A stretch of 64,000 nucleotides of DNA from Phaeosaccion multiseriatum (GCA_965112735.1 OZ218962.1:1178001-1242000), one strand, 5' to 3'. Positions 42,662 through 56,668 are shown, counted from the first letter of the stretch. Made by a program: numbers and translations. Notes: generated by a model from the sequence alone, not told the origin.

Positions 42662-44090
42662 ACACAGACCCACACACACACACACACACACTGTCATCCT
42701 ACTTCCACCTTCATCCATCCCCCCCTTCACTGTGACTCCGCTTGTGCCTATTGCTGCCCCTGCTGCACACCATGCAGCAGCCTATTGCTGCCCCTGCTGC
42801 ACACCATGCAGCAGTACAGGGCCATAGGGCCCACCCTGATCTCACGCATCATCCCTGTGTTCGTTAGCGCACAAACGATGCGCCCCTTTTAGACAAGAGG
42901 TGGATTTTCCCTTTTTGGTATGGAAAGTTTGACCCGCGGCCTGCCATCCAACATGCCGCATGACAAGATAAGAATTCCTTAATCTTGTCGTTGCTCTAAA
43001 ATCCTATGTTTTATTCCCTTTTAAAATTGGAATGGTACAGCAGTCGTTATTTTCTTGTCGAATGTCCTTCTGCTTTCGCTCACCCGTAAGATTTGAAGGC
43101 GACAGGAAGGCCCACTGCCGGGTATCGTATGGGCGACAGCAAGCCCCACTGCTGGGCATCGTAACGATAGTTTCTGCGTTGACCGGACAATCACCAACGA
43201 GAGAAGAAATGCCCAGCGGGGCAGTTGCACATGTGCCGACCTCCCTCGGCTGGCGCCTGTTCTCTCTAATATAGTCCCCCCTCTTCGTCCGGGTTTCCTG
43301 CCACTAATGTTACCAAAGATTTTGAGGGTCATTTCGCACTCGCCTTGCCCACCCCTACCTGGAGAGTGTAACAAAAACTGCTCCCCCTCAACTCGGCGAG
43401 GGGGGCACTTTAGGGGGAGGGGGGTAAGGACCCTCTGGGCTGCAAGACACCCTTATGTAAGACCCATATAGCCCTTACGTAAGGAATAGGAGTTTCAGTT
43501 TGCAAGGCCTCCAAAGGAACTGAACTTGATAGAGGTTGCAGGAGGTAATGATACTGGCATTCGACTGCTGCGCGGACGATAACCGGCTGCAACAGCTGAT
43601 GCCAGTGGTGGGAGGGGCATCTCCCACCTGAATTCACAGCAGGGGCACACACACACACACACACACACAGAGCAGGGGCAGAAGGGGCGCTACTACATTT
43701 TCCCCTATTCAGGTTATCTGATTACTGATTCCGGCCGGCGCGAATGGTTCATGACGAGCTAATGACTCGTTATATATCGCTACAGAACTTACCAATATCG
43801 ATCACCGAAAATGAAATCGAGATCGATTTTCCTTTCTTCTCTCCTTTTTCCCTTACACGCCAACTGTTTTTACATATTAGCCGTAGAGGACATTGGGGTT
43901 GTCCCTTCCCCTCAACGGAGGGAGAAAGCTTAGAAGCAAATGAAATAAAAATAGGTGAGTACATTTTTTAAATGGAGAGTTGGTTGATTAGACAAGACGC
44001 GCGCACGAATGAGATACAAAAGATAAGATGTGTGATGTTACATGCTTGAAAAGGGGGAACTGAGTACACTATAATAACGGACCATCCTGG

Positions 44091-44399
44091 CTACCACTTG
44101 GTGACATCCTTGTTGCCGCCTGACACGGAGGAAGAGGAGGACGAGGAGGAGGAGGGGTGGGTGGTACCTCCTCCTTCCGTTGGCGGCGAGGAGGAGGAAG
44201 AGGTAGAAGAAGACGAAGACGGCATTGGAAAGGAGAAAGCGGAGGACGACGCTAGCCCCAAGCTGCCCAACTGGAAACTCGCAAAGCCTTGATCGAGGCC
44301 GGAGAGAGCAGGGCCACCGCCACCGTCCTGCAGCAGCTGAGCTTCGCTTTGCTGAGGCGCGGAGGACTCTGTAGTAGACACTCCTCCTCCTCCTCCTCC

Positions 44400-44453
<54 letters not shown>

Positions 44454-45300
44454 AGCAGAGGAGGCGAGAGGCTGCTGACCGAAGGCTCCGAAGCCTGTGG
44501 TCAGCCCTACTAGATCCAGCCCTGCGAAGTTGACCACTGTTTTGTTGGGTGTGGTCATGACACGAGAGAGAGGAGAGGACACGTCAGAAGGAGGAAGAGG
44601 GAGGGAGGGAGGGAGGGAGGGAAGGAGGGAGGGAGGGAGGGACGGAAGGAAGGAAGGAAGGAAGGAAGGAGGGATCGATACAGCGATGCGGTGGGGAGGT
44701 AGAGAAGAGTAAAGTCACTCACCACTTGGCCCATTTCCGGAAGCCTCCTCGGCCCCTTGACCGTTCGCAGAAGAAGAAGCACCGCTGGTGGCAGAGGTGA
44801 CAGCCGCAGCGGCAGGGGCAGCAGCAGCATCATCATCAGCAGTTGGTGATACAGGGGTGGGTGCGGACTCCGCGGCCTCCGCAGTCACACCACGCCGAGG
44901 CTGCGGCTGGGGCAAGAGACTCCCCCATAAACTGCCTCCCGCCGCGCCGCTCAAGCCGCCCTCGGCAGTCGCGGGAAGCATGACTGAGGAGGGAAGAGGA
45001 AGGCCTGCCCCGGCCCCTACCCCTAGCGTGTTCACTCCGCCCCAGAGCTGAGCCAAGTCCGGAGAGTCTTCGCCTCCAGCGGCAGCAGCACCAGCAGCAG
45101 AGTCTGCGCCCACACTGGCTGCTCGCTCCCCTGCCCCTGCTGCCCCTGCTGCCCCTGCTGCCCCTGCCCCTCCTGCCCCAGTACTTGCGTCCCCCCAGGG
45201 CGACACAACCGCCGCTCGGGTAGCTCCACCGCCGCCCGCAGTGACAGGAGGGCTGGCAGTCATAGCCCGACTCCGGCTTCTTTCCCCTCCTGTACCACCA

Positions 45301-45332
<32 letters not shown>

Positions 45333-48300
45333 AGACTTATGGCGGGGGCTGAGGCTGCGAAGCGCGGACAACAGAGTCGAGAGAGAGAGGAAGGAGAGAC
45401 GGAGAAAGGAGGGACGGAGGTACAGAGAGAGGAGAGGAAGGAAGAGAAGGCGGGAGAAAGGAGAGGGAGCGGTGAGAGAGGGAGAGGGAGAGATGGAAAG
45501 GGTGAGAGAGAGGATTGAGAAGGGGTATGAGAGAGAAGAGAGGGAGTGGGGAGGGAGCGAGACGTAGAGAGAGAAGAGGGAGAGAGCGGTAAGGTAAAGC
45601 TTGTTTCCTGGGCTCTCCTTCGCGTGCCACACCTCTACCAACCCCAGTCAGTCAGCCCCCCATCCTCTCAAACGAAGGCCCCACCGTGGAGCGGAGCACC
45701 GACAAAGTCCTCACGCTCTCGACTGCCCAACTCGCTGCAAGAGACTTACGTTGGTGACGATCCTTGGCTCCTGCCTTTCGAAGTCGGGAAGGTAGGCACA
45801 AACTCCCTGCGTGCGTGTGTGTGTGCGTATCGGTGTGTGTGAGAGGAGAGAGAGAGTGAGCGTATGTAGGTGTAGATACATGGCGCTTTGTCTTGATGCA
45901 TACGAAGGTCGATTATGAATGCCACTTCCCCTCTCACTCTGTATGTCCCCCGCATTCTTACTCTCACCTCGCCGCAGCGGACAGCTCTCCATTGTTGGCC
46001 GCCTCCAGCGCAGCGTTGATGCTTGCTGCAGTCTCTGCCTCTTCCCGAGAAGAAGGGGGAGATGAGGCCGCGCCGGCGGAAGACGTGGTGGGTAGCCGAG
46101 TCGAGGAGGAGGCTGTGGAAGGCACACATGAGGGAGAGGGAGTGACAGACACCACACATGACAGCGAGAGGAGAGTCGGGGAGGGTGGATGGCAGTGGAT
46201 GCAAAAAGAGCGTGAGGACCTCTTGATTTTTGTACTAAAACGTGTCCCCTGCCGGTAAGGAAGGACTCCCCCCACACGACCAATATCGACCTCGATCTCA
46301 ATATGTCGAGCACCTCCATTCACTTGACAACACAAGCCTCACTTCCCTCCACACTCACCGTCTCCGTTGCTCTCTCCGCCCCACACAGCGCCCGCCCCCC
46401 CTCCTCCTGCTGCTGACGCAAAGTGCTGTTGAGCCCCGCCTCTCATCCCCGCTGTCCACCTCGCTCCACCAGTGGCACTTCCGCCACTCGACCCAGCGTC
46501 CGAAGAAACGCCCTGAACCCGCGCAGCCGCAGTGACAGCTGCTGCTCCCTGCTGCTGCTGTAACACCAACTGCTGCTGCTGCTGGAAGCCCATCGGGGGA
46601 GCATGAGGCAAGGGCGGTGGGACCAGGTGCTGCTGCTGCTGCTGCTGCTGCTGCTGCATCGCCAACTGCTGCTGCTGGAGCACTCCCATGTGCGCCGCTG
46701 AGAGGGACGGCTGAACGAAGGCGTGACTTGCTGCGACTATCTGTGAAGCTGCTGCCGCTGCCGCCGCTACTAGTGCCGGCGGAGGCGGAGGGGGTGGAGG
46801 GGGAGGTGGCAAACCTGCCAGCTGCGCGGCCTGCTGCTGCTGCTGCTGCTGCTGCTGTAGCACCAACTGCTGCTGCTGTTGCTGCTGCTGCGCTCGTTGG
46901 AAGGCCGCAGCATGTGTCAAAGCGGGGGGCGGGGGGGGCGCGTGTGCGAGGAAACGCGCGTTACGTCCATTGCCGTGAATGGCGCCCCCTGCCTGCTGCT
47001 GAGCTGCGCCAGAGACACCAGCACCACCCGCAGCAGTAGCAGAAGCACCAGCACCATTGCCACCACCATGTCTTGCTGCCAAGGGTGGTGGAGGAGGAGG
47101 AGGTGGAGGGGCTCTCCCCGGTAGAGTCGCTATATGAGCGTACTGGGGCTGCTGCTGGCCCTGCTGCTGCTGCTGCATGTTGTGGGCTTGCCGCTGCTGC
47201 TGGTGCTGCTGCTGCTGTATCACCAACTGCTGCTGTTGCGCGAGGTTGTGCCGCTGCTGTGCTAGGGCGTGCGCATCCACGGCCATGTGGGGGGAAATAG
47301 GAATGCCTATGAGGTGCGGGGGGGGACTGACAAGGCGGTAGGGCGGACCCACTCCTACTCCTCCTCCTCCTCCTCCTGCTGCTGCTGCTGCTGCTGCTGC
47401 TGGTCCTCCTCCTCCTGCTCCTCCCCCCGGTACTACGCCTGATGCGGAGAGTGATCCAGGGGGTGGTATGCCCGCGGCGGCCTGAGCAGCGGCGTGGAGT
47501 TGCTGCTGCTGTTGCTGTTGCTGCTGGTGCTGGTGCAGCTGCTGCATCCGGAAGATGTTCTGTAGGTGCTGCTCTTGCTGCTGCTGATGCTGCTGCTGCT
47601 GTTGGTGCTGCTCTTGGTGCGGTTGCTGCTTCTGCTGCTGCTGTTGTTGATGGCGTTGTTGCTGCTGTAGTTTCTGCTGCTGCATCACCAACTGCTGTTG
47701 CTGCTGCTGTTGCTGGCCTGCTACAAGCAGCGCGGAAGGACTCCCTCTAGCCAGAGTGTTCCCACCCCTTGGATCCGGAGGTCCCCCTTGAATCACCGCT
47801 ACTGCTGCTGCTGCTCCTGCTGCGGCGCCCAGCCTCGCCGCTGCCCCCTCTCTCCCCGCCACAACAGCTCCTCCAGCCATCCCCATTGCCGCTGCCGTCG
47901 CCCCTGCTCGCCCCCCTGCTCGTGCTGCTATAATACCGCTGCCTCCCACGCCCGCTGCCAGCCCTGCCCCTCCTCCTGCTGCTACCATCTGTGAGCCTCC
48001 TCCTCCTGCTACTGATGTACCACCAAGTCCAATACCTGCTGCTGCTGCTCCAGTCCTGTCCTGCAGCAGGAGGTGTTTCGGAGGTGGCGTGTGCGTATTC
48101 TTGTCTCCTCCTCCTCCTCCTGCTGCTGCTGCTGCTGCTGCGATGCTGGCCTCTTCATCCGCCCTCAGCTTCTCTGCCGCCCTCTTCTTCTCTTCCTCCG
48201 CTGCTCTGCGCTGTGGGAGGGAGGCATTCCAGTTGCGATTGATCCTCCGTAGCTCCTCTCGATGCCTGGGGCAAGCGTCAAGCACCATACGTATACGCCA

Positions 48301-51300
48301 CGTGAGAGACACACAGGAGTGAGGGGAGTCAAACAAGTGGGGGCTCTCGCGGTCAGTTTGGGGCTTCACACACTCTTTAGCATTGGTGTTTGGGGAAAGG
48401 CCACCCACCCACAGAGGGGAGGGGCAGCAGGGGGGGGGGGGAGATGGCACGAAATCTCGGCAAAACGGGAGAGGGAGAGAGGGACACACAGAGAGAGCAC
48501 CAGAAACCTGTCCCGCCTCGAACGGACCCATCCTTACAACGACTCGGAGACCACCAAAACTCGAACTCACCTTTTCTTTTGCTCAGCAGCTGCCAGCGCC
48601 TGTGCACTTAAGCCCGCCGGTCCTAGCCCCGCTCCTCCCATCATCTTGGTCACCCCACTCGTACCCTTGCCGCCGGTCATGAGCTGCACAGAGTTCATAG
48701 GATACGACGACACTGTGGCAAACGAGGAAGGGGAAGCGCATGATGCACCACCAGCACCCATGCCTGTCGTCGGAGCAGCAACACCCCCACGCAGCGCTGC
48801 GGTTGTTCGAGCGCCACCGCCGCCGCTCATTCCTCGCGCCATACCGCCTCCTGCTGCTACTGCATGGGCCTGGGCTTGGGCTCGAGCTTGGGGTCCTCCT
48901 CCCACGCTGGCTCCACCCGAGAAGGAAGCAGGCCCGCCTCCCATTCGCCGTCCTGCTGCTCCTGCCCCTGCCCCCATACCCACATTCATACCCATGCCAG
49001 TGCGAGTGCCAGTGCCATGGGCGGCGGTGCCGTTGCTGTTGCCGTCCTGACGCTGCCGCTGCTGATGTAGGTCACCATCACCACTACCGTCGCCGTCACC
49101 GTCGTTGTCATGCTCACAGCACCACTCCAGCACGGCGTTGACATCAAACCCCACCTGACCGGCGGCACGGAGCACCTGCTTCTCTTCGAAGCCCATGGCA
49201 ATGAGCTGTGCGAGGGTCTCGTCGTGAGACATACTCAGCTGCCGAGAGGCGGTCGCAGGTGGCGCTGCGAGGGGGGACAGTGGGTGGGATGGGGGAGGGC
49301 ATAGGCGTGAGCATGGATGAATGGGGGTACGGAGGGGTCTGTTGATGGTAGGTGGGTACGTAGGTAGGTAGGTAGGTAGGTAGGTAGGTAGGTAGGTAGG
49401 TAGGCAAGTAGATAGGTGGGTAGGTAGGTAGGTAGGTAGGTAGGTAGTAAGGTAGGTAGGTAGGTAGGTAGGTAGGTAGGTAGGTAGGCAGGCAAGTATG
49501 TGAGTAAGTATGTAGGCAAGGAGGTAGGTAGGTACGTAGGTGGGTAGGTGGATAGGTTGGTAGGTAGAAAGGTAGGTAGGTAGGTAGGAAAGTAGACAGG
49601 TGGGTAGGTAGGTAGGTTGTAGATGGGGATAGGTAGGTGGTAGGTGGGTAGGCAAGTATATACATGGGTAGAGGTAGACAATTAAGCAGATAGCCAAGTA
49701 GGTAGACAGGTGCTCAACACAAAAAGGGAGGGTGAGGAAACGAGCTTCTCCAGGGCAAGGAAAAGGAAGGATGCTAAGTAAGGTCGTGTAACAAAAGCCG
49801 GGGAAATATGACGCCACCACGGAAGATGGGAAATTATGACGCCACGGAAGATGGGAAGGTCTCACCTGGAGGGGGCGGGGCGGCTGATGAAGGAGCGACT
49901 GGTGGGGGAGCGTGTCCCACCTGGGCCGAGTCTGTCGCACCTGTTCCTCTGTCACTCGTCCCTCCTGCAGCACCAGTAGTCGAGGAGGAGGAGGAGGAGG
50001 AAGGCACAGCAGCTGCCGCTTTCTTCTTGGCAGCTGCCTTCTTCTTGCCCTTTTTGGTCTTGGCCTGGCCCTGCGAGCCACCGCTCCTGCTCGCGTACGG
50101 AAGGGAGGGAGGGAGGAGGAGGAGGAGGAGGAGGAGGGGGAGACGAGCGAATGGGGAGAGAAAGAATACAGAGTTCAGAGGCGTGTGTGCGAGGAGGAGG
50201 TGAAGGAGTGTACTCGCGTGTGTGCTGGGCGAGGCGTGAGCGGTGGACACACACACACACAGAGGCTCAATATGCCAAGGAACCACACACACACTCGCAT
50301 ACACACGCACAGTAGGCAGCAGTGCACGACACTGCACGGCACGGCATGGCAAGGCACTGACCTCTCATTCATCTCCTCCTGCTCGCGGTCCCTCGCCTGC
50401 TGCTGCCTCTTGTCCTTGGCCCTGTCTGCCTCGTCGCGCTGCGCCTCCCTTGCCAGCCTCTCTCTGATTTGCTTCTGCTTCCTCTCCAGCAAGTCCCTCT
50501 CAATCTCTCTCTTCTCGGCCTCACGCTGCATCTCCCTCTCCGCACGCTCACTCTTCTCCCTGGTCACACACATACACACACACACAGCGTTTCAGACTCA
50601 TTTGGGGTGAGACAAGACACGAGAAGCAAGGCAAGCAAGTTTGGGGGGGGGGGGGCTCGCGCAGAGCTTCTCTCTTGAGGCCCTCCCCCGGAGCCAGGCC
50701 CTCCTACTCACTCGATCCCTCGCTCCCTCATCCCCTCCCTTCCTCACGCACGCAGGCGCGCACGCACCCACCTCTCGGCTTTGGCTTCTCTCTCCGCCTT
50801 GGCTGCTTCAAGCTCTCGTGTAGCCTCCTCCAACAGCGCCTGAGACCTCTCCAGCTCCGCTCGGTACTCGGGCTCGTAGCCAGGCTCGGGAGTGACCAGC
50901 GACGCTGGCGACTCCGGCTGTACCACCAACTGGTCCTTCCGCTGCTCCTCTCCGTGCTCCTCCTTACTGCTGCCGCCCCCGATGCTGCCACTACCCCCCC
51001 CCCTGCCACTATTGCCGCTACTCCCCCCGGCACCTTGCCGTCTCCCCTCGTAGTCCGAAAGGTCAGCGCTACCGTCCAAAATTGCCTGCACCAGCTGGAG
51101 AGCCGTCAGCCCGTGCGTGCCCCCCCCGGGCATGGCGGCATGTGCGTTGAGGGAGGCCCCACTCTCGAGCAGAATCGACACCGCGTCGCTGCTGCCCAGT
51201 GCAGCGGCGTAGTGCAGCGGAGTCCATCCCCGATTCAGGCACCTTTCCCCCAGTAATACTCGCCTCCGATGCAAATCTAAGCCCCCTCCCCCCCCCCCTC

Positions 51301-54300
51301 CTCCTCCTCCTCCTCCTCCTCCTCCTCCTGCTCGCGTGGCGTCCTCTCCCTTCTGCAGCAGTACTCGCAGCAAAGCGACGTCGTCCTTCACCGCCACTGA
51401 GTGCAGCACCATCAGACCCTGACTGTCCAGACATGCCGGGTCCACCGCCGAGCCTTTGGATGAGTCCTTCAGGCCTAGGAGGTAGCTGGCCACCGACAGC
51501 CTCCCTGCTGATACGCCTTGTGGCGTGTCTACTGCTGCTCCCGCCCCTCCCCCCCCCTCTCCCTCGTCTCTCCTTCTCCTTCGGCCCTTCCTCCTGGCGC
51601 CCAGAGGCGTGCCCGAGACACAAGCATGCAAAAGCGTCTCTCCCTCCTTGCCGCGGTTGTCTGGGAGAGGGTGTGTGTGAGAGCGAGAAGGTGACCACAG
51701 GCAGCAGCAATACTTTCATTCAGTGTAGTGCTGATTTGGGGGGTGGGGGGGGGGGGATGAAAAGCGCCTCACTCCTGCCTCCGCGACTACCATAAATAGA
51801 TGATGGACAGATGGATGGATGGGTGGATGGGTGGATGGATGGACTCATGGACATAAAAAGGTACGCCGTCGTTCCCCCCTTGCTTCTCTTCCATACACTA
51901 CAGCGGGCCAGCCACGCACGCACGCACGCACGTACCTTCTCTCTCGTTTCCCTTGAGGCCGAGCTCTTCTATCATCATCTTGGTAGTGGACAGGTCCCCC
52001 GCCCTGCACGCGCTGAACAGCTTTCGGCGCTTCTCTGCTTCCTCCTGCAGTCGCCGCCGCAGCTCCTCCTTCCGCCGAGCTGGAGGGACAGCGGCGATGA
52101 TACATCATAAGCGTAAGAGAGGAAGCAACACACTTTTGTGTGTTTGTTTGTTTGAGGTCTTGACAAACAAGTGAGAACGTAACTCACTGGACTTGTGAAA
52201 GAGGGGGGCGTGTGCGTGTGTGCGTGTGTGTACGTGTGCTCTCTCTCTCTCTGTGTGTGTCTGTGTCTGTCTGTCTGTCTTTGTGCATGTGGCCGCTTGA
52301 CTCACCCGCGGCTTGAGCTGTCTTGAGGGCCTCCTGCTCTTGCACTTGACGAGCCGCCTCCTCCTCTGCGTGCCGCACCTGAGAAGAGCAACAGTCGAAC
52401 CCCAGAGCGTGCGCGCGTGTGCGTGTGTGTCTATGTCAGAAGAAAGACATGTACCTCTTCATGACCACGGATGGACGGATGGCCTCATCCGGCCCCCATT
52501 GGTTATGCTGCCCTCCATCTCTCACCTGTTCTTCTCTCTCCTGGCGCTCCTTCTGCCTCCTCTTGCGCTCCACTCTCTTCTGCTGCAGCCTCTCCCGCCT
52601 CTCGTATTCCTCTGCTGTCCAACTCTCCTCCCCCTCATCCAAGGCGTCATCAAAGTCATCGTCATCATCATCCTCCCCGTCACGTACAGGAGGTGGACCC
52701 GCGGGACGAATCGTCACTCCCATCGCTGCCCGTTTCTTGTGGTGGCGCGGGTGCTTCCTCTGCTGGCGACGCTGCCTTACATGCGTGTTGGAAATCGAAT
52801 TTGAATTCGAATTTGAATTCGAATTTGACTTCTTCTGGCGGTGGTGCTGATGGTGCTCACAGTAGCACGATTCGTCTTGGTCGTGATCGTCATCATCATC
52901 ATCCTCATCATCGTCATCATCATCATCGTCCTCATCACCCTCGTCACCCTCCTCCTCCTCCTCATCGGATGAGGAAGATGCGTCCTCGTCCTCTTCCTCC
53001 TCCTCTTTGGGTCTCCCGACCTCAATCTCGCCACCGTCCGCCCCTCCTCCTGCAGCATCAATGTCGATTGCCTCTCCCTCCCTGCTCATCTTCTCTACGC
53101 GCTGCTGCTCCACTTCGTCTCGCAAGTTCATGTGAAAGTAGTGCCGCACCTGAGTGAGAGGGAGAGGAAGAGCAGGTGAGGGGACGGAAGGGGAAGGGAG
53201 CAGAGGGGAGGGAGGGGAGAAGAGATGAGAGGATGAGAGGAAAGGAGAGGAGAGAGGGGACATGCGAGACTGAAAGACGAAAGAGAGAACAGATGGAGGA
53301 GTGGGAAGGAAAAGACCGAAGCTAGTCTAAAGGGAGGAGAGGGCAAGGGGGGAAGAACTAGCAGAACATGGCATAGCAGTAGCAATTGGTGATACAGCAA
53401 CAACAGCAGCAGCAGCAGCAGCAGGAGCAGCAGTATGGCTCGCGTGCGTACCATGGGCTCCCACAGGCACTCCATGTCCGCCGCAGACGGCGCCGTTTGC
53501 CCTTCTCCTCCTCCGGCCGCAGCCGCCCCCCCCCCACCACCCTGCTCGCCCCCTCCTGCTCTTGCTCCTCCTGTTCCGGCTCCTCCTGGTCCGGCTCCTC
53601 CCCCATCTGGCCTTGGCCCTGGCCTTGCCTCTCCTCCCCCGCCCCCGCCTTCCCCGGCCTGGCCTGCCCCTTCAATATAGCTGACGTCAGCACCTTCGCT
53701 CTTTCCCCGCGGCTTGCGCTTGGCACTGGAGGCAGCCGCAGCCATTGGGGTGTTGCGCTGCCTCTGCTGCTGTTGGTGGTGTACATACTCGTCGCTTCCG
53801 TATCCTTCCTCGTCGTACTCTAATCCTTCATCCTCCTGCAGCAGTTGGTGATATAGCACAAGGGGATTGCTAGATTTGAGCGCAGTGAGGTGGATGCAGA
53901 TCTGGTCCTTCTAACACACACAAACCTCTTATCTTATTCTTTCCTCTTCTCTCTCCCCGCCCCCCCAAAGAGAACACGCTAGACATGATCATGTACACAC
54001 ACATACGTGCGCACGAACACACCCAAACGAGGGCAGAATCAAGCAGGAGAGAAGAAGAGAGACTGACACATGGCCGCGGAGGTACGCACCTCCGACAGCC
54101 ACTCCCCCACGCCTCGGTCTCCAAATAGCAAGCTATACGCCAGAGGTGCGTTGGGAATCCGCGCCAGCTTGGCCGCGATGCTCGGTGGTAAGGAGATGCC
54201 GGCAGGCAGGGCCATGTCGGGGGGGAAGGACATGCCCGGAGGCAAAGGAGGCAGCTCCAGAGGGCCTTCACCATCTGTGGCGGGGGGGTGGGTGGGTCGG

Positions 54301-55202
54301 GGTGGAGGGAGGGAACAGGGGGACGCATACGAGACGCCATGTTGAGCGTTTGACAATGGGGAAAAGTCCCACCCACTATTGCTGTTGTTGCTGCACCCTT
54401 CTTTCTCCCCCTGCCCCTGTTGACGCCCCTGTCCACCCACCCTGCGCACCCCTACCCTCCCTCCCTCCCTCCCTCCCTCCCTCCCTCCCCCTCCCCCTGC
54501 CCACCTGCTCCGGTGAGGTCGGTATCAAAGATGCCCACAAGCTCAACGAACATGCTCATGAATGCTCGCAGCTCGTTCTCATCCGTGCCCACACCATCGC
54601 CCACCGGTGTCGCAGCCCCCTCCTCGTCATCAGGGCCATCCTTGCCTGGGACATGGGGGGGGGGGGGGGAGACACGCGCGCACACACATAGCATAAGAGC
54701 AGCAGCAGCAACATCACAGTAAAGCGCGGTTTCGGTTTGGAATGGATGATGGGTGAACAGCTGTACAGGCTGAGTGCAGCGTGGACACCCCCTCCTCCTC
54801 CACCACCACCAGCTCCCCCCCTGCACCACTACCAGCTCCATCTCATGCACCACCACATCCCCACCCCCTCCAAAACCATCACTCTTCTCCACAACCACCA
54901 CCACCCTCCAGCACCCCCTCCTCCACCACCACCTCCATTACCCTCCTCTCCTTTCTCATCCTCCTCCCCAACTTGTACCTACCTGACTCGAGCCTCTTGT
55001 ATGCGACGGACACCTCTTGGAAGCGCTCCTTGGCATTGGCGTCTTTGCACTTGCGGGGGTTCCACTTTAGTGCCAGTTTGCGGTACGCTGTTTTGAGGGC
55101 CTCCGAGTCTGCGTCCACCGACACGCCCAGCACGGCTGCGGCTTGCTCGAGCTTCATGGGCTCAGGCAAGCGGTGCGCGTGGGACTGATTACTACTGCTC
55201 AA
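44091..55202 (-). CDS. Large multi-exon protein: degenerate J-domain, acidic/coiled-coil region, ankyrin repeats, UBA, Q/P-rich region, PAM2 motif
   Basis: J-like VLGVSVDADSEALKTAYRKLALKWNPRK..AKERFQEVSVAYKRL. ANK GLMVLHSVAVKDDVALLRVLL / GWTPLHYAAALGSSDAVSILLESGASLN. UBA LAQLIAMGFEEKQVLRAAGQVGFDVNAVLEWC. ELSAAAR|EFVP. A chain of GT-AG-bounded exons can be followed from 55202 to the stop at 44091, but not every junction phase was verified. Confidence 0.78.
49345..49710. repeat. Degenerate (TAGG)n intronic microsatellite
   Basis: Seen directly. Reads (CCTA)n on the sense (minus) strand, the same sense orientation as 10400-10806. Confidence 0.9.
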
Positions 55203-56429
55203 CTGCGAGCCCGGTGCCCATTCATGACGCTGGCGACACCACCTCTCCCTCCGTGGAGAAATCTCTCTCGTTGCCCCAAGTCAAGTACTTGTAAGTCGTG
55301 CCGTTACCAGAGTGTCGATCTGAGGGTTTGCAGTGAAGGAAGAAGGAAGAAAGCAGGCATGAAGAGGAGGGCACGGACATGAGAAACGTAGACAGAGACG
55401 CCGCAGAAAAGTGTGTAGCAGCAGCGTCTACTCCCAGGCCCTGAAGGACTCTGCTCTGCCCAGGTTGCCGCCAAGATTTTGGACAACCCTTGACCGGGTG
55501 CGTTTGCCTACATAAGCAAGCCCGGCCAGCAGCAACCCGCCACAATAGAGTCGAGCAGCCCTTGAGCTCCGGTCGTAGATAACCATTCCTTCATTCACAC
55601 AAATCGGCTGCGCTCTCTTGTCGAGCACCAGCCAGTAAGTAGCCGCAGCCGCGGACTGCCTATGTTGCCATCAGAGGCTCAAGCACGACGCTTCCTGTCC
55701 CAGCCTGGCCTGTCACCCCCTCCCCTGGCGTTCAAACAGCCCACTCGGGCCTCGGCTGGCGGCGCTTGTGGTGCAGGGCCAGTGCTAGAGCCCACGTTAG
55801 TGGACCCGCCTCCCGCGCTCTGTAGAAGGCCAAATTACTTCTGTGGCCCGCCTCGTCCATGATCATGACTCCGTTTCTCGAAGCCCATTTCCCCACTCCC
55901 GACCCCAACCCCCACTCCCTTGTTGCCGCGGCGGTGGGCAAGCAGACAGGCAGAGGACAGGTTGCGCTGCCCTCCCCTGTGTTCCTGGCGCTCCGCGTGG
56001 AGGCGGCGGCGGGTATCCTCCAAGACCGCCACGAGCCCCCCAAGCCAACCTGCCGCTCAGTACTCACCCTTTCTCCGCCTCACGTAGTCAGCTTTGTCTC
56101 CGCCTCTTTGATCTCTCTCTTCCGAGCGAGCGGCTCTTCGACTGGGCGCGAAGCCACCTCACGTTCTCCACCGAGCTGAAACGCAAACTGACAGCTTCCA
56201 AACTTCCCGATTCCCCTCCCAGTTCAACACTCGCGTGTTTCTTCCTTCCCTCGGCGCTGTCTCTCTGTCTTCCTTGCCCTCAGCCCTATCTACCAAGTGT
56301 GGTCGGGCGACGAGGCAGAGCTTCTTTGCCAGAAGGAAGGTAAATTGGGAAGAAGAGAGATTTGGTGACGGGGTTCATGCTGCGGTCCCCCCGATCTTAC
56401 CCGCTTGTTCGTTACCACGTGTGCCTCCT

Positions 56430-56501
56430 CTCATTTCTCTCTCTTTCGCCCTCTCTTTCGCTCTCTCTCTCTCCCTCTCTCTCTCTCTGTCTCTCTCTCA
56501 C

Positions 56502-56568
<67 letters not shown>

Positions 56569-56590
56569 CTCTGTCTCTCTCTCTCTCCCC
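56430..56590. repeat. (CT)n tract in the putative SDHAF1 5'UTR intron
   Basis: Seen directly. Confidence 0.9.
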
Positions 56591-56668
56591 TTCGCCCCCT
56601 CTCCCTCTTCAACAGGTAGTTGGGTGGCAGCACCAGCACCAGCACCAGCAGCACTGGAGAAAGGAGCG

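Noticed and set aside
43440-43490. ATATAGCCCTTACGTAAGG-like motif weakly echoed near 11082 and 59197
   Set aside because: Matches are only about 10 bp and no element boundaries are visible.
55662-56343. Short ORFs between the J-like gene and SDHAF1
   Set aside because: No domain similarity. More likely UTR or promoter sequence of the divergent pair.
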